Below are positions 45,827-54,881 of a stretch of DNA of 64,000 bases, piece by piece. Position 1 is the first letter of the stretch; each line of letters begins with the position of its first letter. The notes under the pieces were generated by a model that did no database searches, was not told the origin of the DNA, and was given only the letters and a program-made list of their open reading frames with translations. The translations under genes were made by a program, and so were the position numbers. The DNA lies in NCBI GenBank assembly GCA_020854035.1, contig JADZGE010000069.1:363-64362 (forward strand). The letters are read 5' to 3'. This DNA comes from Burkholderiales bacterium. GTDB taxonomy: Bacteria > Pseudomonadota > Gammaproteobacteria > Burkholderiales > SG8-41.

Positions 45827-46744
45827 TCAGCCGCCCTTCAGCACCTCCTGAAGGGCGGCTTCGGCTACCGAGATTTCCACTCCCGCGCGCTCGGATTGCA
45901 GCAGCATGAAGCAGCGCGTGTCGCGCTCGCCCCAGCCGCGGTTCAGCGCATCCGTCATTTCCGCGAGCGTGAGATTGGCGATGCGCATCGGCACGTTGAG
46001 CTCGCGCCCGAGCTCGGTGGCGAGCACGGCGTCCTTCACCCCGAGCGTCAACGCGAAGGCGGCCGGGTCGTAGCTGCCCGGCAGGTATTGCTCGGCGAGG
46101 CGGTCGAAAACGCGCTTTCGTCCCATCGCGCCCTGGCGCACGGCTGTCCACAGCGCCAGCGGGTCGATACCGGCTTTCACGCCGACGGAGAACACCTCCG
46201 CCAGCACGCCCATGAGGGCGTAGCCCGCCATGTTGTGCGTCAACTTCGCCACCGAGCCCGCGCCGACCGGCCCGATGTGCATGGGCTCGTCCGCGATGGC
46301 GTCGAGCAGCGCCTTGTGCCGGTCGTAGACGGCGCGCTCGCCACCGACCCACAGCGCGAGCTTGCGCGACTTCGCCCCGGCCGGGCCGCCCGAGACCGGC
46401 GCGTCGAGCACCGCGATGCCCTTCGGGGCGAAGCGGTCCGCGATGCGCCGCATCACCGTCGGCGAGTTCGTCGAAAGGTCGAACCAGGCGGTGCCCGGGC
46501 GCATGCCTACCTGGAGCGCTTCGGACACTGTCTCGACCTCCTTCGGGCCCGGCAGCGAGGTAAACACGACCTCGGCGGCCTGCCCCACCTGCCGCGCGCC
46601 GTCGGCCCACCTGCAGCCCGCCTCGACGTGCGGGTCTCCCGCCGCGCGCCTGAGGTCGGTCACGACGAGGTCGTGCCCGGCCGCGCGCACGTTCAACGCC
46701 ATGCTCGAGCCCATGAGGCCGAGACCGATGAATCCCACTTTCAT
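45827..46744 (-). CDS. NAD(P)-dependent oxidoreductase, 3-hydroxyisobutyrate dehydrogenase family
   Basis: MKVGFIGLGLMGSSMA dinucleotide fold, 305 aa. Confidence 0.9.
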   Translation of the reverse strand: MKVGFIGLGLMGSSMALNVRAAGHDLVVTDLRRAAGDPHVEAGCRWADGARQVGQAAEVVFTSLPGPKEVETVSEALQVGMRPGTAWFDLSTNSPTVMRRIADRFAPKGIAVLDAPVSGGPAGAKSRKLALWVGGERAVYDRHKALLDAIADEPMHIGPVGAGSVAKLTHNMAGYALMGVLAEVFSVGVKAGIDPLALWTAVRQGAMGRKRVFDRLAEQYLPGSYDPAAFALTLGVKDAVLATELGRELNVPMRIANLTLAEMTDALNRGWGERDTRCFMLLQSERAGVEISVAEAALQEVLKGG

Positions 46745-46762
46745 GTTGTCTCCTCGAGACTG

Positions 46763-46896
46763 GCCGCCGATGAACGCCGATGTGACGAGTGCAAGCTCCG
46801 CGCGGCGGCGAGCGGCGGGGAACCCCCGACGTCACAACGCGGCACGTGAGATGACGCGCTGTTGACTCTATCGGCGTCTATCGGCGTCCATCGGCG
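46763..46896. repeat. inverted pair of CATCGGCG decamer arrays flanking an 84-nt spacer
   Basis: The left arm gccgccgatgaacgccgatg (46763-46782) is the reverse complement of TTCATCGGCG units. The right arm is tctatcggcg tctatcggcg tccatcggcg (46867-46896). The arms are complementary at 17 of 20 positions. Confidence 0.85.
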
Positions 46897-46903
46897 GTTC
46901 CGT

Positions 46904-48067
46904 TCACGCCTTCCTCATCGCCGCGAACGCCTGCTCCAGGTCCGCGATGAGATCGTCCGGATCCTCGAGCCCGATGTGCAGCCGTATCGTCGGGCCGCCG
47001 GGATCCCACCGGGTCGCGCTGCGGTTCCTCGCTACGTGCGCTACCTGGACGAGACTCTCGTAGCCGCCCCAGCTCGAACCGATGCCGAAGAGCTTCAGCG
47101 AATCGATGAACGTCGCGACCGCCCGGTCGGTCACCGGGATCAGCACCAGCGAGAAGAGGGAGGCGGCGCCCTCGAAGTCGCGTTTCCAGATCTGGTGGCC
47201 GGGATCGTTCTCGAGCGCGGGGTAGATCACGCGCTTCACGTCCGAGCGCAGTTGCAGCCAGCGCGCGACCCTGAGAGCGCTCGCCATCTGCTGCTTCATG
47301 CGCACGCCGATGGTGCGAAACCCGCGCAGCGCGAGGTAACAGTCCTCCGGGCTCACGCAGAAACCGAACCCGCCGACGGTTCTGCGCAGCGGCAGCCAGC
47401 AGCGCTCGGTCGTGACGATGACGCCCATCATCACGTCGGAGTGCCCCGCGATGTACTTGGTGGCGGCGTGTATGGAGAGGTCCACGCCGTGCTCGAAAGA
47501 GCGGAAGAAGTACGGCGTGCCCCAGGTCGTGTCGGCGAAAACGAGCGCGCCGCGCGAGTGGGCGACCGCCGCGATCGCCGGAATGTCCTGCATCTCGAAG
47601 GTGAGCGAACCCGGCGACTCGCAGAACACCACTTTCGTGTTGGGCCGCATGATCCGCGCGATGTCCGCGCCGAGGAGCGGATCGTAGTAGTCGACCTCGA
47701 TCCCGCCCGGCTTCAGGCGGCGCTCGCAGAAATTGCGCGTCGGCACGTACGCCGAGTCGGTGACGAGGACGTGGTCGCCGGGCTTGAGAAACGCGGAGAG
47801 CGACGCGGTGATCGCGGCGAGCCCCGAGGGCACGGCGACCGCCGCGTAGCCGCCTTCCATACGCGCCACGGCGTCCTCCAGCGCGAAGGTCGTGGGCGTG
47901 CCGTGAATCCCGTAACGGACTTTCTTGAAGTCATCGTCGCCGCGCGCTTCGTACGCGGCGAGGTCGGGGAAGATCACGGTGGATGTGCGGAACACCGGCG
48001 TGTTGACCATGCCCTGGTAGCGGGCTGGGTCGCGCCCGGTTCGGGCGAGGAGCGTGTCTTTCTTCAT
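46904..48067 (-). CDS. metC: cystathionine beta-lyase
   Basis: PLP-dependent Cys/Met metabolism family. The PLP lysine context is ATKYIAGHSD. 387 aa. Confidence 0.85.
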   Translation of the reverse strand: MKKDTLLARTGRDPARYQGMVNTPVFRTSTVIFPDLAAYEARGDDDFKKVRYGIHGTPTTFALEDAVARMEGGYAAVAVPSGLAAITASLSAFLKPGDHVLVTDSAYVPTRNFCERRLKPGGIEVDYYDPLLGADIARIMRPNTKVVFCESPGSLTFEMQDIPAIAAVAHSRGALVFADTTWGTPYFFRSFEHGVDLSIHAATKYIAGHSDVMMGVIVTTERCWLPLRRTVGGFGFCVSPEDCYLALRGFRTIGVRMKQQMASALRVARWLQLRSDVKRVIYPALENDPGHQIWKRDFEGAASLFSLVLIPVTDRAVATFIDSLKLFGIGSSWGGYESLVQVAHVARNRSATRWDPGGPTIRLHIGLEDPDDLIADLEQAFAAMRKA

Positions 48068-48415
48068 GGGAATGCGCGGTCAGGGTGGACGCAGTGGGTG
48101 GGTCAGCCGCTCCCGTATTCTGCGCGGTCGCTCCGCCCTGCGCAAAGTCCATCATGTGTACAAAGGGGCGCGACCCCGGGAGTCCGGAGTGGACCGCGCA
48201 AACGGGCGGTAGCTATAATCCGTCGCCTCCCGGCGTGCGCTCACGCGAAGAAGGCGACTCGGTGCGGCAGGCGGTTCCGCCGTTGCGATATCGAACGTGC
48301 AGCAACAAGGGGGCGCTGTCGTCGCGGCCTGTCCCGGGTGGCATGCTGCCGGCCGGCAGCCGATTGCTGAACGCGTCGTTCGAGGGCCTGCTCCGCGAGG
48401 AACACCGCAACCGCC

Positions 48416-50719
48416 ATGCATGCCAAAGCATCGCCCCATTCGGGTGGCCGGGTGGAGGACTTCCGCCTCGTCACCGGGTCCGGCAAGTACGCCGCCGACT
48501 GGAGGCTCCCGGGGCAGCTCCACGCGCATTTCTTGCGATCGGACCGCGCGCACGCGGCGATCGTGTCGGTGGATACCACGCTCGCGTCGCGGCATCCCGG
48601 GGTGAGACGCGTCTACACCGGCAAGGATGCAATGCGCGCCGGCTACGACCGGTTTCTCGTGATGCTGAACGCTCCGGGGCGCGACGGCGAGCCTATCCGG
48701 AAGCCCCGCCGCCCCGCGCTCGCCACGGACCGGGTGCGCCACGTCGGCGATGCCGTGGCGATGGTCGTCGCCGACACCGCCGCCGCCGCGCAGGATGCCG
48801 CCGAGTTGATCGAGATTGCCTGCCGCGACCTGCCAGTGGTCGTGTCCCCCGAGCGCGCGCTGGCCGACGGCGCGCCGCGGTTGCACGAGGAAGCGCCCCG
48901 GAATCTCGCGTACGACTACGAGACCGGCGACGAGCAATCGGTCGAGGCGGCGTTCACGAGGGCCGCTCACGTCACGCGCCTCAGGCTGGAGGTGACCCGC
49001 GTCGCGCCGAGCCCGATGGAATTGCGCGGGTGCACGGTGGCTTACGACCCGAAGGACGATGCATATCACCTGTACGTGTGCATCCAGGGCATCAACATGA
49101 TGCGCAAGCAGGCCTCGTTTGCGACGGGCGTGCCCGAAGAGAGGATCCACGTCCACGCCGCGGACGTCGGCGGCGGTTTCGGACAGCGCAGCGCTTTCTA
49201 CCCGGAATACGCCATGCAGATGCTCGCGTCGAGGGAACTCGGCCGCCCGGTGCGCTGGATCTCCAGCCGCGCCGAAGGCTTCATGACCGATACCCACGGC
49301 CGCGGCAATATCGTCACGGCCGGACTTGCCCTCGACGGGAATGGGAAGTTCCTGGCGGTGCGGCTCGACTGGGTCGGGGACATGGGCGCGTACCTGTCCG
49401 CAACCGGCGCGGCGAGCCATACCCGCAACCCCACGACCTGCCTCACCGGCGTCTACCGGATCCCGGCGCTCTACAACCGCATCCGGCTCGTGTTCACGAA
49501 CACCACGCCGATTGCCGCGTACCGCGGGGCGGGGCGTCCGGACATCGCCTACGTGCTGGAGCGGGTGGTCACGCAGGCCGCCGCCGAGCTCGGGATGGAC
49601 CCGGCCGAGCTGCGCCGGCGCAACTTCATACCGCGCGGCGCGTTTCCGTACAAGACCCCGAACGGCGCGACCTACGAGGAAGCCGATTTCGCCGGATGCC
49701 TCGACAAGGCTCTCAGCGCGGCCGACTGGAGCGGATTCGAGCGGCGGCGCGCGGAGGCGAACCGGCGGGCGCGGCTACGCGGGATAGGCCTGTCCACCGT
49801 GATCGAGCCCACCGGCGCGGGGATGTTTCCCAAGGACCAGGTTCTGATCGAGTGCACCGCGGAGAGCGTCACCGTGTTCTCGCTCGCGCACTCCCAGGGG
49901 CAGAGTCACGAGACCACGTTCGCGATGGTGGTGGCCGATGCGCTGGGCGTGCCGATGGACAAGGTGCGGATCCGGCAGAGCGTGCAGGAGAAGGGGCTGA
50001 TCGGCAACCACACGGGCGGCTCGCGCTCCATGGTGGGGCAGGGCAGTGTTTGCCGGCTTGCCGCGCTGAAGCTCGTCGAAATGACAAAAGCCCGGGCGGC
50101 ACAGAAACTCGGCGTCGAGCCCTCCCAGGTCGAGTACGCGCGCGGCGAGTTCCGGTCGAAGGAATCGAAGAAGACCGTCACCCTGTTCGGCCTCGCGCAA
50201 GGGGAGCCGCTCTCCGCGCTGGCGGAAGCGACGGTAGGCTCGACCTTCCCCAACGGCTGCCACATCGCCGAAGTGGAAGTGGATCCGGACACCGGCGTCA
50301 CCCGGGTCGTGGGCTATCATGCGGTGGATGACTCGGGCAATATCGTGAACCACACCGTGGTCGAGGGACAGGTGCACGGGGCCGTTACGCAGGGCGCGGG
50401 CCAGGTCTTCGGCGAGAAGGTGACCTACGACGAGCATACCGGTCAGCTCCTCACCGGGAGCTTCATGGACTACTTCATGCCGCGCGCCGGGATGCTGCGG
50501 GCGATCGGCGTCGCGGACCATCCCGTGCCGAGCGCGACCAATGCGCTCGGCGCGAAGGGCGTGGGCGAATCCGGCTGCACCGCGTCGCTGCCCGCGCTCA
50601 CGAACGCCGTGCTGGACGCGTTGCGGCCGCTGGGGATAGAGCACCTCGACATGCCGCTCACGCCGAACAAGGTGTGGCACGCGATCTGCTCGGCGAAGGC
50701 TCAGGTCAAGGCAGGTTGA
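48416..50719 (+). CDS. xanthine dehydrogenase family molybdopterin-binding large subunit (form II CoxL-like), paralog 1
   Basis: 767 aa with N-terminal RLVTGSGKYAADW. The active-site loop is AAYRGAGRP (about 49517-49537), not the CO-dehydrogenase AYxCSFR. Confidence 0.9.
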   Translation: MHAKASPHSGGRVEDFRLVTGSGKYAADWRLPGQLHAHFLRSDRAHAAIVSVDTTLASRHPGVRRVYTGKDAMRAGYDRFLVMLNAPGRDGEPIRKPRRPALATDRVRHVGDAVAMVVADTAAAAQDAAELIEIACRDLPVVVSPERALADGAPRLHEEAPRNLAYDYETGDEQSVEAAFTRAAHVTRLRLEVTRVAPSPMELRGCTVAYDPKDDAYHLYVCIQGINMMRKQASFATGVPEERIHVHAADVGGGFGQRSAFYPEYAMQMLASRELGRPVRWISSRAEGFMTDTHGRGNIVTAGLALDGNGKFLAVRLDWVGDMGAYLSATGAASHTRNPTTCLTGVYRIPALYNRIRLVFTNTTPIAAYRGAGRPDIAYVLERVVTQAAAELGMDPAELRRRNFIPRGAFPYKTPNGATYEEADFAGCLDKALSAADWSGFERRRAEANRRARLRGIGLSTVIEPTGAGMFPKDQVLIECTAESVTVFSLAHSQGQSHETTFAMVVADALGVPMDKVRIRQSVQEKGLIGNHTGGSRSMVGQGSVCRLAALKLVEMTKARAAQKLGVEPSQVEYARGEFRSKESKKTVTLFGLAQGEPLSALAEATVGSTFPNGCHIAEVEVDPDTGVTRVVGYHAVDDSGNIVNHTVVEGQVHGAVTQGAGQVFGEKVTYDEHTGQLLTGSFMDYFMPRAGMLRAIGVADHPVPSATNALGAKGVGESGCTASLPALTNAVLDALRPLGIEHLDMPLTPNKVWHAICSAKAQVKAG

Positions 50720-50890
50720 CGCCGCCGATGGATGCCGATGGACGCCGATAGAATGAGCACGGCCACGGTGGCGCATCGGCGCCGCGCCGTTGTCGCTGCC
50801 GGGAACGTCCCGGTCCTGAGGCGTGGAACGCATTGTGGTCGAGGCATGACGAGTCGCCAGAATCGGCGTTCATCGGCGTTCATCGGCGGC
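50720..50890. repeat. inverted pair of CATCGGCG decamer arrays flanking a spacer of about 106 nt
   Basis: The left arm cgccgatgga tgccgatgga cgccgataga (50723-50752) is the reverse complement of TCTATCGGCG-type units. The right arm is aatcggcg ttcatcggcg ttcatcggcg gc (50861-50890). Arm types are swapped relative to the 46.8 kb copy. Confidence 0.85.
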
Positions 50891-50911
50891 TAGATTTCGG
50901 GGTTTGACGAC

Positions 50912-53233
50912 ATGGCGGCGAAGGCGAACAGGGAGGCACACGGCCATCACGACCCGGTCGGCCGCGTGGAGGACGCGCGGCTCGTCACGGGCAACGGCAA
51001 GTACGCCGCCGACTGGCGGCTGCCGGGGCAGCTCCACGCCCGTTTCGTGCGCGCCGACCGGGCGCACGCCGACATCGTTTCGATCGACGCTACGGCGGCG
51101 CTGCGCCACCCGGGCGTGAAGGCGGTGCTGACCGGCGAGGACGCGGTGCAGGCGGGTTACTTCACTGCGCCGAACGCGCTCAATTTCCCGGGCAGGAATG
51201 GCATGACGGCGATCGCGCCCAGGCGCCCGGCGCTCGCCCACGGGCGCGTGCGCTTCGTCGGCGAAGCGGTCGCGCTCGTCGTCGCCGCGACCCCCGCCGC
51301 GGCGCAGGATGCCGCCGAACTCGTCGCCGTCGAGTATCGCGACCGGGTCCCGGTCACGGCGCCCGAGGCGGCGCTCGCACCGGGGGCGCCGCGGATTCAC
51401 GACGAGGTGCCGGGCAACTGCCCTTTCGAATCGGAGGCCGGCAGCGCGGAGGCGGTCGCGGCAGCGATCGCGGCAGCCGCGCACGTGACGCGGCTGAAGG
51501 TCGTTTCGAACCGCGTCGCCCCCAGTCCCATGGAGCCTCGCGCCTGTATGGTCGAATGGGATGCGTCCCGCGATCACTACACCCTCTACGTCTGCTCGCA
51601 GGGCATTACCACCCAGCGCCAGCAGATGTCGGCCTGGACCGGGGTCAAGGGATCGCAGTTCACGATACACGCGCGCGACGTGGGCGGGGGCTTCGGCCAG
51701 CGCACGCTCGCCTACCCCGAGTATTGCGCGCTCATGATCGCGGCGAAAAAGCTCGGGCGGCCGGTGCAGTGGGTCGCCACCCGGGGCGAGGGTTTCATGG
51801 CCGATTCGCACGGGCGGGCGAACGTGATCGAGGGTGAGCTCGCGCTCGACGCGGGTGGGCGCTTTCTGGGGCTGCGGCTGTCGTGGGTGAACGACATGGG
51901 GTCGTACCTCTCGCCCGGCGCGATGGGACACATCCGCAACACGACGACCTGCATGACCGGGGTCTACCGCATCCCCGCGCTCTACGCTTCGTACCGGGTG
52001 GCCCTTACCAACACCACCCCGGTGGCGGCCTACCGGGGCGCGGGCCGTCCCGATATCGCCTACGTGGTGGAGCGCCTCGTGAGCGAGGCTGCGGCCGAAC
52101 TCGGAATCGACCCGGCGGAGCTGCGGCGGCGCAACTTCATCCCGGTGGAGGCCTTCCCGTACGCCACCCCGACTGGCTCGACCTACGAGTACGCGGACAT
52201 GCCGGGGTTGATCGAGAAGGCGCTGAAGCTCGCCGACTGGACGGGTTTCGCGGAACGCCGCGCGAAGACGGAGAAGAACGGGAAGCTCCGCGGCCTCGGC
52301 ATCGCGACGGTGATCGAGAACACCGGGGCGGGCAACGCGCCGAAGGACGACGCCGAGATCGAGGTCGGGGCGGACGGCATCGTCACCGTGCACACGCTCG
52401 CCAAGGCGCAGGGGCACGGCCACGAGACGACTTTCGCGCAGATCGTCGCCGGGGCGCTGGAGCTGCCGCTTGCGCGCGTGCGTGTCATGCAATGCGCGCC
52501 GGAGAAGCAGCAGTCGATGGTCGGCAACCACACCGGGGGATCGAGGAGCACGGTCGGCGCGGGCAGCGTCTGCCATCTCGCCGCGCTGAAGGCGATCGAC
52601 GAGGGCAAGGCCCGGGCGGCGCTCGTCCTTGGCGTGGAGCCCTCGCAGGTCGCCTACGCGCGGGGCGTCTTCGGCTCGACGGAGTCGGGGAAGAAGGTCG
52701 CGCTCGCGGACCTCGCGCGGGACGGGACGCCCTTCGCGGTCGCTGCGGAGGGCAGGTTCGGCTCCACTTTTCCCAACGGCTGCCACATCGCCGAGGTCGA
52801 GGTCGATCCCTCGACCGGCGCGACCGGGATCACCGCCTACAGCGCCGTGGACGACTGCGGCCGGGTGATCAACCATGCGATCGTGGAAGGTCAGCTCCAC
52901 GGCGGCGTCATGCAGGGCATCGGCCAGGTGCTCGGCGAGTCGATCGTATACGACGACGCGACGGGCCAGCTCCTCACCGGGAGCTTCATGGATTACTGCA
53001 TGCCGCGCGCCGGGTGGCTGCGCGGCATCAGCGGGCAGGAGCATGCGACGCCGAGCAAGGTGAGCCCGCTCGGCGTGAAGGGCATGGGCGAGTCGGGCTG
53101 CACCGGGTCGATCCCGGCGGTGGCGAACGCCGTCATGGATGCACTCCGGAGCGCGGGCGTGGGACACGTCGACATGCCGTTGACGCCGTCGCGAGTTTGG
53201 CTTGCACTGCAGTCGCGGCAGCGGAAGGGGTGA
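50912..53233 (+). CDS. xanthine dehydrogenase family molybdopterin-binding large subunit (form II CoxL-like), paralog 2
   Basis: 773 aa. Shares long near-identical blocks with paralog 1 (GKYAADWRLPGQLHA, GSTFPNGCHIAEVEVDP, TGQLLTGSFMDY). Loop VAAYRGAGRP. Confidence 0.9.
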   Translation: MAAKANREAHGHHDPVGRVEDARLVTGNGKYAADWRLPGQLHARFVRADRAHADIVSIDATAALRHPGVKAVLTGEDAVQAGYFTAPNALNFPGRNGMTAIAPRRPALAHGRVRFVGEAVALVVAATPAAAQDAAELVAVEYRDRVPVTAPEAALAPGAPRIHDEVPGNCPFESEAGSAEAVAAAIAAAAHVTRLKVVSNRVAPSPMEPRACMVEWDASRDHYTLYVCSQGITTQRQQMSAWTGVKGSQFTIHARDVGGGFGQRTLAYPEYCALMIAAKKLGRPVQWVATRGEGFMADSHGRANVIEGELALDAGGRFLGLRLSWVNDMGSYLSPGAMGHIRNTTTCMTGVYRIPALYASYRVALTNTTPVAAYRGAGRPDIAYVVERLVSEAAAELGIDPAELRRRNFIPVEAFPYATPTGSTYEYADMPGLIEKALKLADWTGFAERRAKTEKNGKLRGLGIATVIENTGAGNAPKDDAEIEVGADGIVTVHTLAKAQGHGHETTFAQIVAGALELPLARVRVMQCAPEKQQSMVGNHTGGSRSTVGAGSVCHLAALKAIDEGKARAALVLGVEPSQVAYARGVFGSTESGKKVALADLARDGTPFAVAAEGRFGSTFPNGCHIAEVEVDPSTGATGITAYSAVDDCGRVINHAIVEGQLHGGVMQGIGQVLGESIVYDDATGQLLTGSFMDYCMPRAGWLRGISGQEHATPSKVSPLGVKGMGESGCTGSIPAVANAVMDALRSAGVGHVDMPLTPSRVWLALQSRQRKG

Positions 53234-53294
53234 AGGGAAGGGGTGACGAGGAATGGTGACGGGAAGGGGTGACGGGAAATGGTGACGGGGGACG
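53230..53294. repeat. 5 x 13-nt tandem repeat (GTGACGGGAAnnG) starting on the stop codon
   Basis: gtgaagggaaggg gtgacgaggaatg gtgacgggaaggg gtgacgggaaatg gtgacgggggacg. The paralog 2 TGA is nt 2-4 of unit 1. Confidence 0.9.
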
Positions 53295-53355
53295 TGCCGG
53301 CCCGCGTCGGTGACCTCCGTGTTTCCCGCCGCTGAATCGCAAGGAGAGAGAACCG

Positions 53356-54156
53356 ATGTACGCGCTGAACTACGTGAAGGTGAAATCGGTGACGGAGGCG
53401 GTGGATCTCGTCGCCGCCAACCCGGAGGCGAAACTGCTCGCGGGCGGCATGACGCTCATCCCGACGTTGAAACAGCGCCTCGCGAGGCCCTCGCATCTGG
53501 TGGACATCGGGGGGCTCGCCGAGCTCGCCGGTATCGAGGTGAAGGGCGGCAGGCTCGTCGTGGGCGCGGGGACGAAGCACCACGAGGTCGCGACTTCCGC
53601 CGCCGTCGCGAAGTCGATCCCGGCGCTCGCGTCGCTCGCCGGACGGATCGGCGACCCGCAGGTGCGCAACATGGGCACCATCGGCGGGTCGGTCGCGAAC
53701 AACGATCCCGCGGCGGACTACCCGGCGGCGGTGCTGGGTTTGAACGCCGTCGTCGTCACCAGCAGGCGCGAGATCGCGGCCGACGATTTTTTCAAGGGTA
53801 TCTTCGCCACGGCGCTCGCCGACGGCGAAATCCTCGTGCGCCTCGAGTTCCCGCTGCCGAAGGCGGCGGCCTACGCCAAGTTTCCGCATCCGGCATCCGG
53901 CTTCGCGATGGCGGGCGTCATGGTCGCGGACACGGACTCGGGCGTGCGCGTGGCCGTGACCGGCGCGGGTCCCGGCGTCTTCCGCTGGCGCGAGGCGGAA
54001 GCGGCGCTGGGGAAATCGATGGCGGCCACGGCGCTCGAGGGTCTCGCGCTCGCCGCCGGCGAATTCAACGAGGACATCCACGGTACGCGCGAATACCGCG
54101 CGAACCTGGTGCGCGTCATGACGAAGCGCGCGCTCGCGCAGCTCGCCGGCAGGTAG
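53356..54156 (+). CDS. xanthine dehydrogenase family FAD-binding subunit (CoxM-like)
   Basis: 266 aa with LLAGGMTLIPTLK in an FAD-binding PCMH-type domain. Confidence 0.9.
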   Translation: MYALNYVKVKSVTEAVDLVAANPEAKLLAGGMTLIPTLKQRLARPSHLVDIGGLAELAGIEVKGGRLVVGAGTKHHEVATSAAVAKSIPALASLAGRIGDPQVRNMGTIGGSVANNDPAADYPAAVLGLNAVVVTSRREIAADDFFKGIFATALADGEILVRLEFPLPKAAAYAKFPHPASGFAMAGVMVADTDSGVRVAVTGAGPGVFRWREAEAALGKSMAATALEGLALAAGEFNEDIHGTREYRANLVRVMTKRALAQLAGR

Positions 54157-54181
54157 CTCTCGCATCATTTTCGCCACAGGG

Positions 54182-54254
54182 GCGCGGAGGCCACGGAGGA
54201 CTGCGAAACGGGGAAGGGCTCTTCCTTCTCTGCGGACTCCGCGGCTCCGTGGCC
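54182..54254. repeat. inverted word repeats (CGCGGAG / CCACGGAG and their complements)
   Basis: ggccacggag (54189-54198) is exactly complementary to ctccgtggcc (54245-54254). cgcggag and ctccgcg words lie nearby, in the coxM-coxS spacer. Confidence 0.7.
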
Positions 54255-54276
54255 AATAGACACAAGGACTGGAAAC

Positions 54277-54747
54277 ATGGCCAAGGTCGAATTGAAGGTC
54301 AACGGCACGAAGCATGCGCGCGAGGTGGAAGACCGCACGCTGCTGGTCGATCTGCTGCGCGACCATCTGGGGTTGACGGGCACGCACATCGGCTGCGACA
54401 CCTCGCAGTGCGGCTGCTGCACGGTGCACGTCGACGGCCGCGCGGTGAAGTCGTGCACCATGCTCGCCGCGCAGGCGAACGGCGCCGACGTGCTGACGAT
54501 CGAGGGCATGGCGAAGGATGGCGAGCTCCATCCCATCCAGCAGGCGTTCTCCGAGTGCCACGCGCTGCAGTGCGGTTTCTGCACGCCGGGAATGATCATG
54601 GCGACCGCGGGGCTGTTGAAGGACAATCCGGACCCCACCGAGGACGAGATCATCCACGGGCTCGAGGGCAACCTCTGCCGCTGCACCGGCTACATCAACA
54701 TCATCAAGGCGGTGAAGCGCAGCGCGCAAGTGATGGCGAAAAAGTAG
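54277..54747 (+). CDS. (2Fe-2S)-binding small subunit (CoxS-like)
   Basis: CDTSQCGCC and CGFCTPG...CRCTGY cluster motifs, 156 aa. Confidence 0.95.
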   Translation: MAKVELKVNGTKHAREVEDRTLLVDLLRDHLGLTGTHIGCDTSQCGCCTVHVDGRAVKSCTMLAAQANGADVLTIEGMAKDGELHPIQQAFSECHALQCGFCTPGMIMATAGLLKDNPDPTEDEIIHGLEGNLCRCTGYINIIKAVKRSAQVMAKK

Positions 54748-54881
54748 CTCGCCGCCCGGGCCGGCTGCGCATCGCCGGCTGTTCCGCGGCGGACACAGAG
54801 ACCACGGAGAGCGCCTCGCGAACCGCCGCCGCGCGCTCCGCGAGCGCCGTGACCGAAGTTTCCCAACAGGAGCGATTTCCC

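Noticed and set aside
46763-46896. MITE or insertion sequence interpretation of the inverted decamer-array pairs (also 50720-50890).
   Set aside because: There is no transposase, no evident target-site duplication, and the internal sequences of the two copies are unrelated. I describe them only as BIME-like inverted repeat pairs.
48220-48415. Moco riboswitch or other structured leader upstream of coxL-like paralog 1, downstream of a perfect TATAAT at 48214-48219.
   Set aside because: The leader is long and has local hairpins, but I could not recognise the conserved Moco motif elements by eye. A covariance-model search (Rfam Moco RNA motif) would be needed. I leave it unassigned rather than claim it.
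48416-53233. Annotation of the large subunits as aerobic carbon monoxide dehydrogenase.
   Set aside because: The active-site loops read AYRGAGR and AYRGAFR, not the AYxCSFR signature of form I CoxL. No coxDEF-type accessory genes are present in the window.
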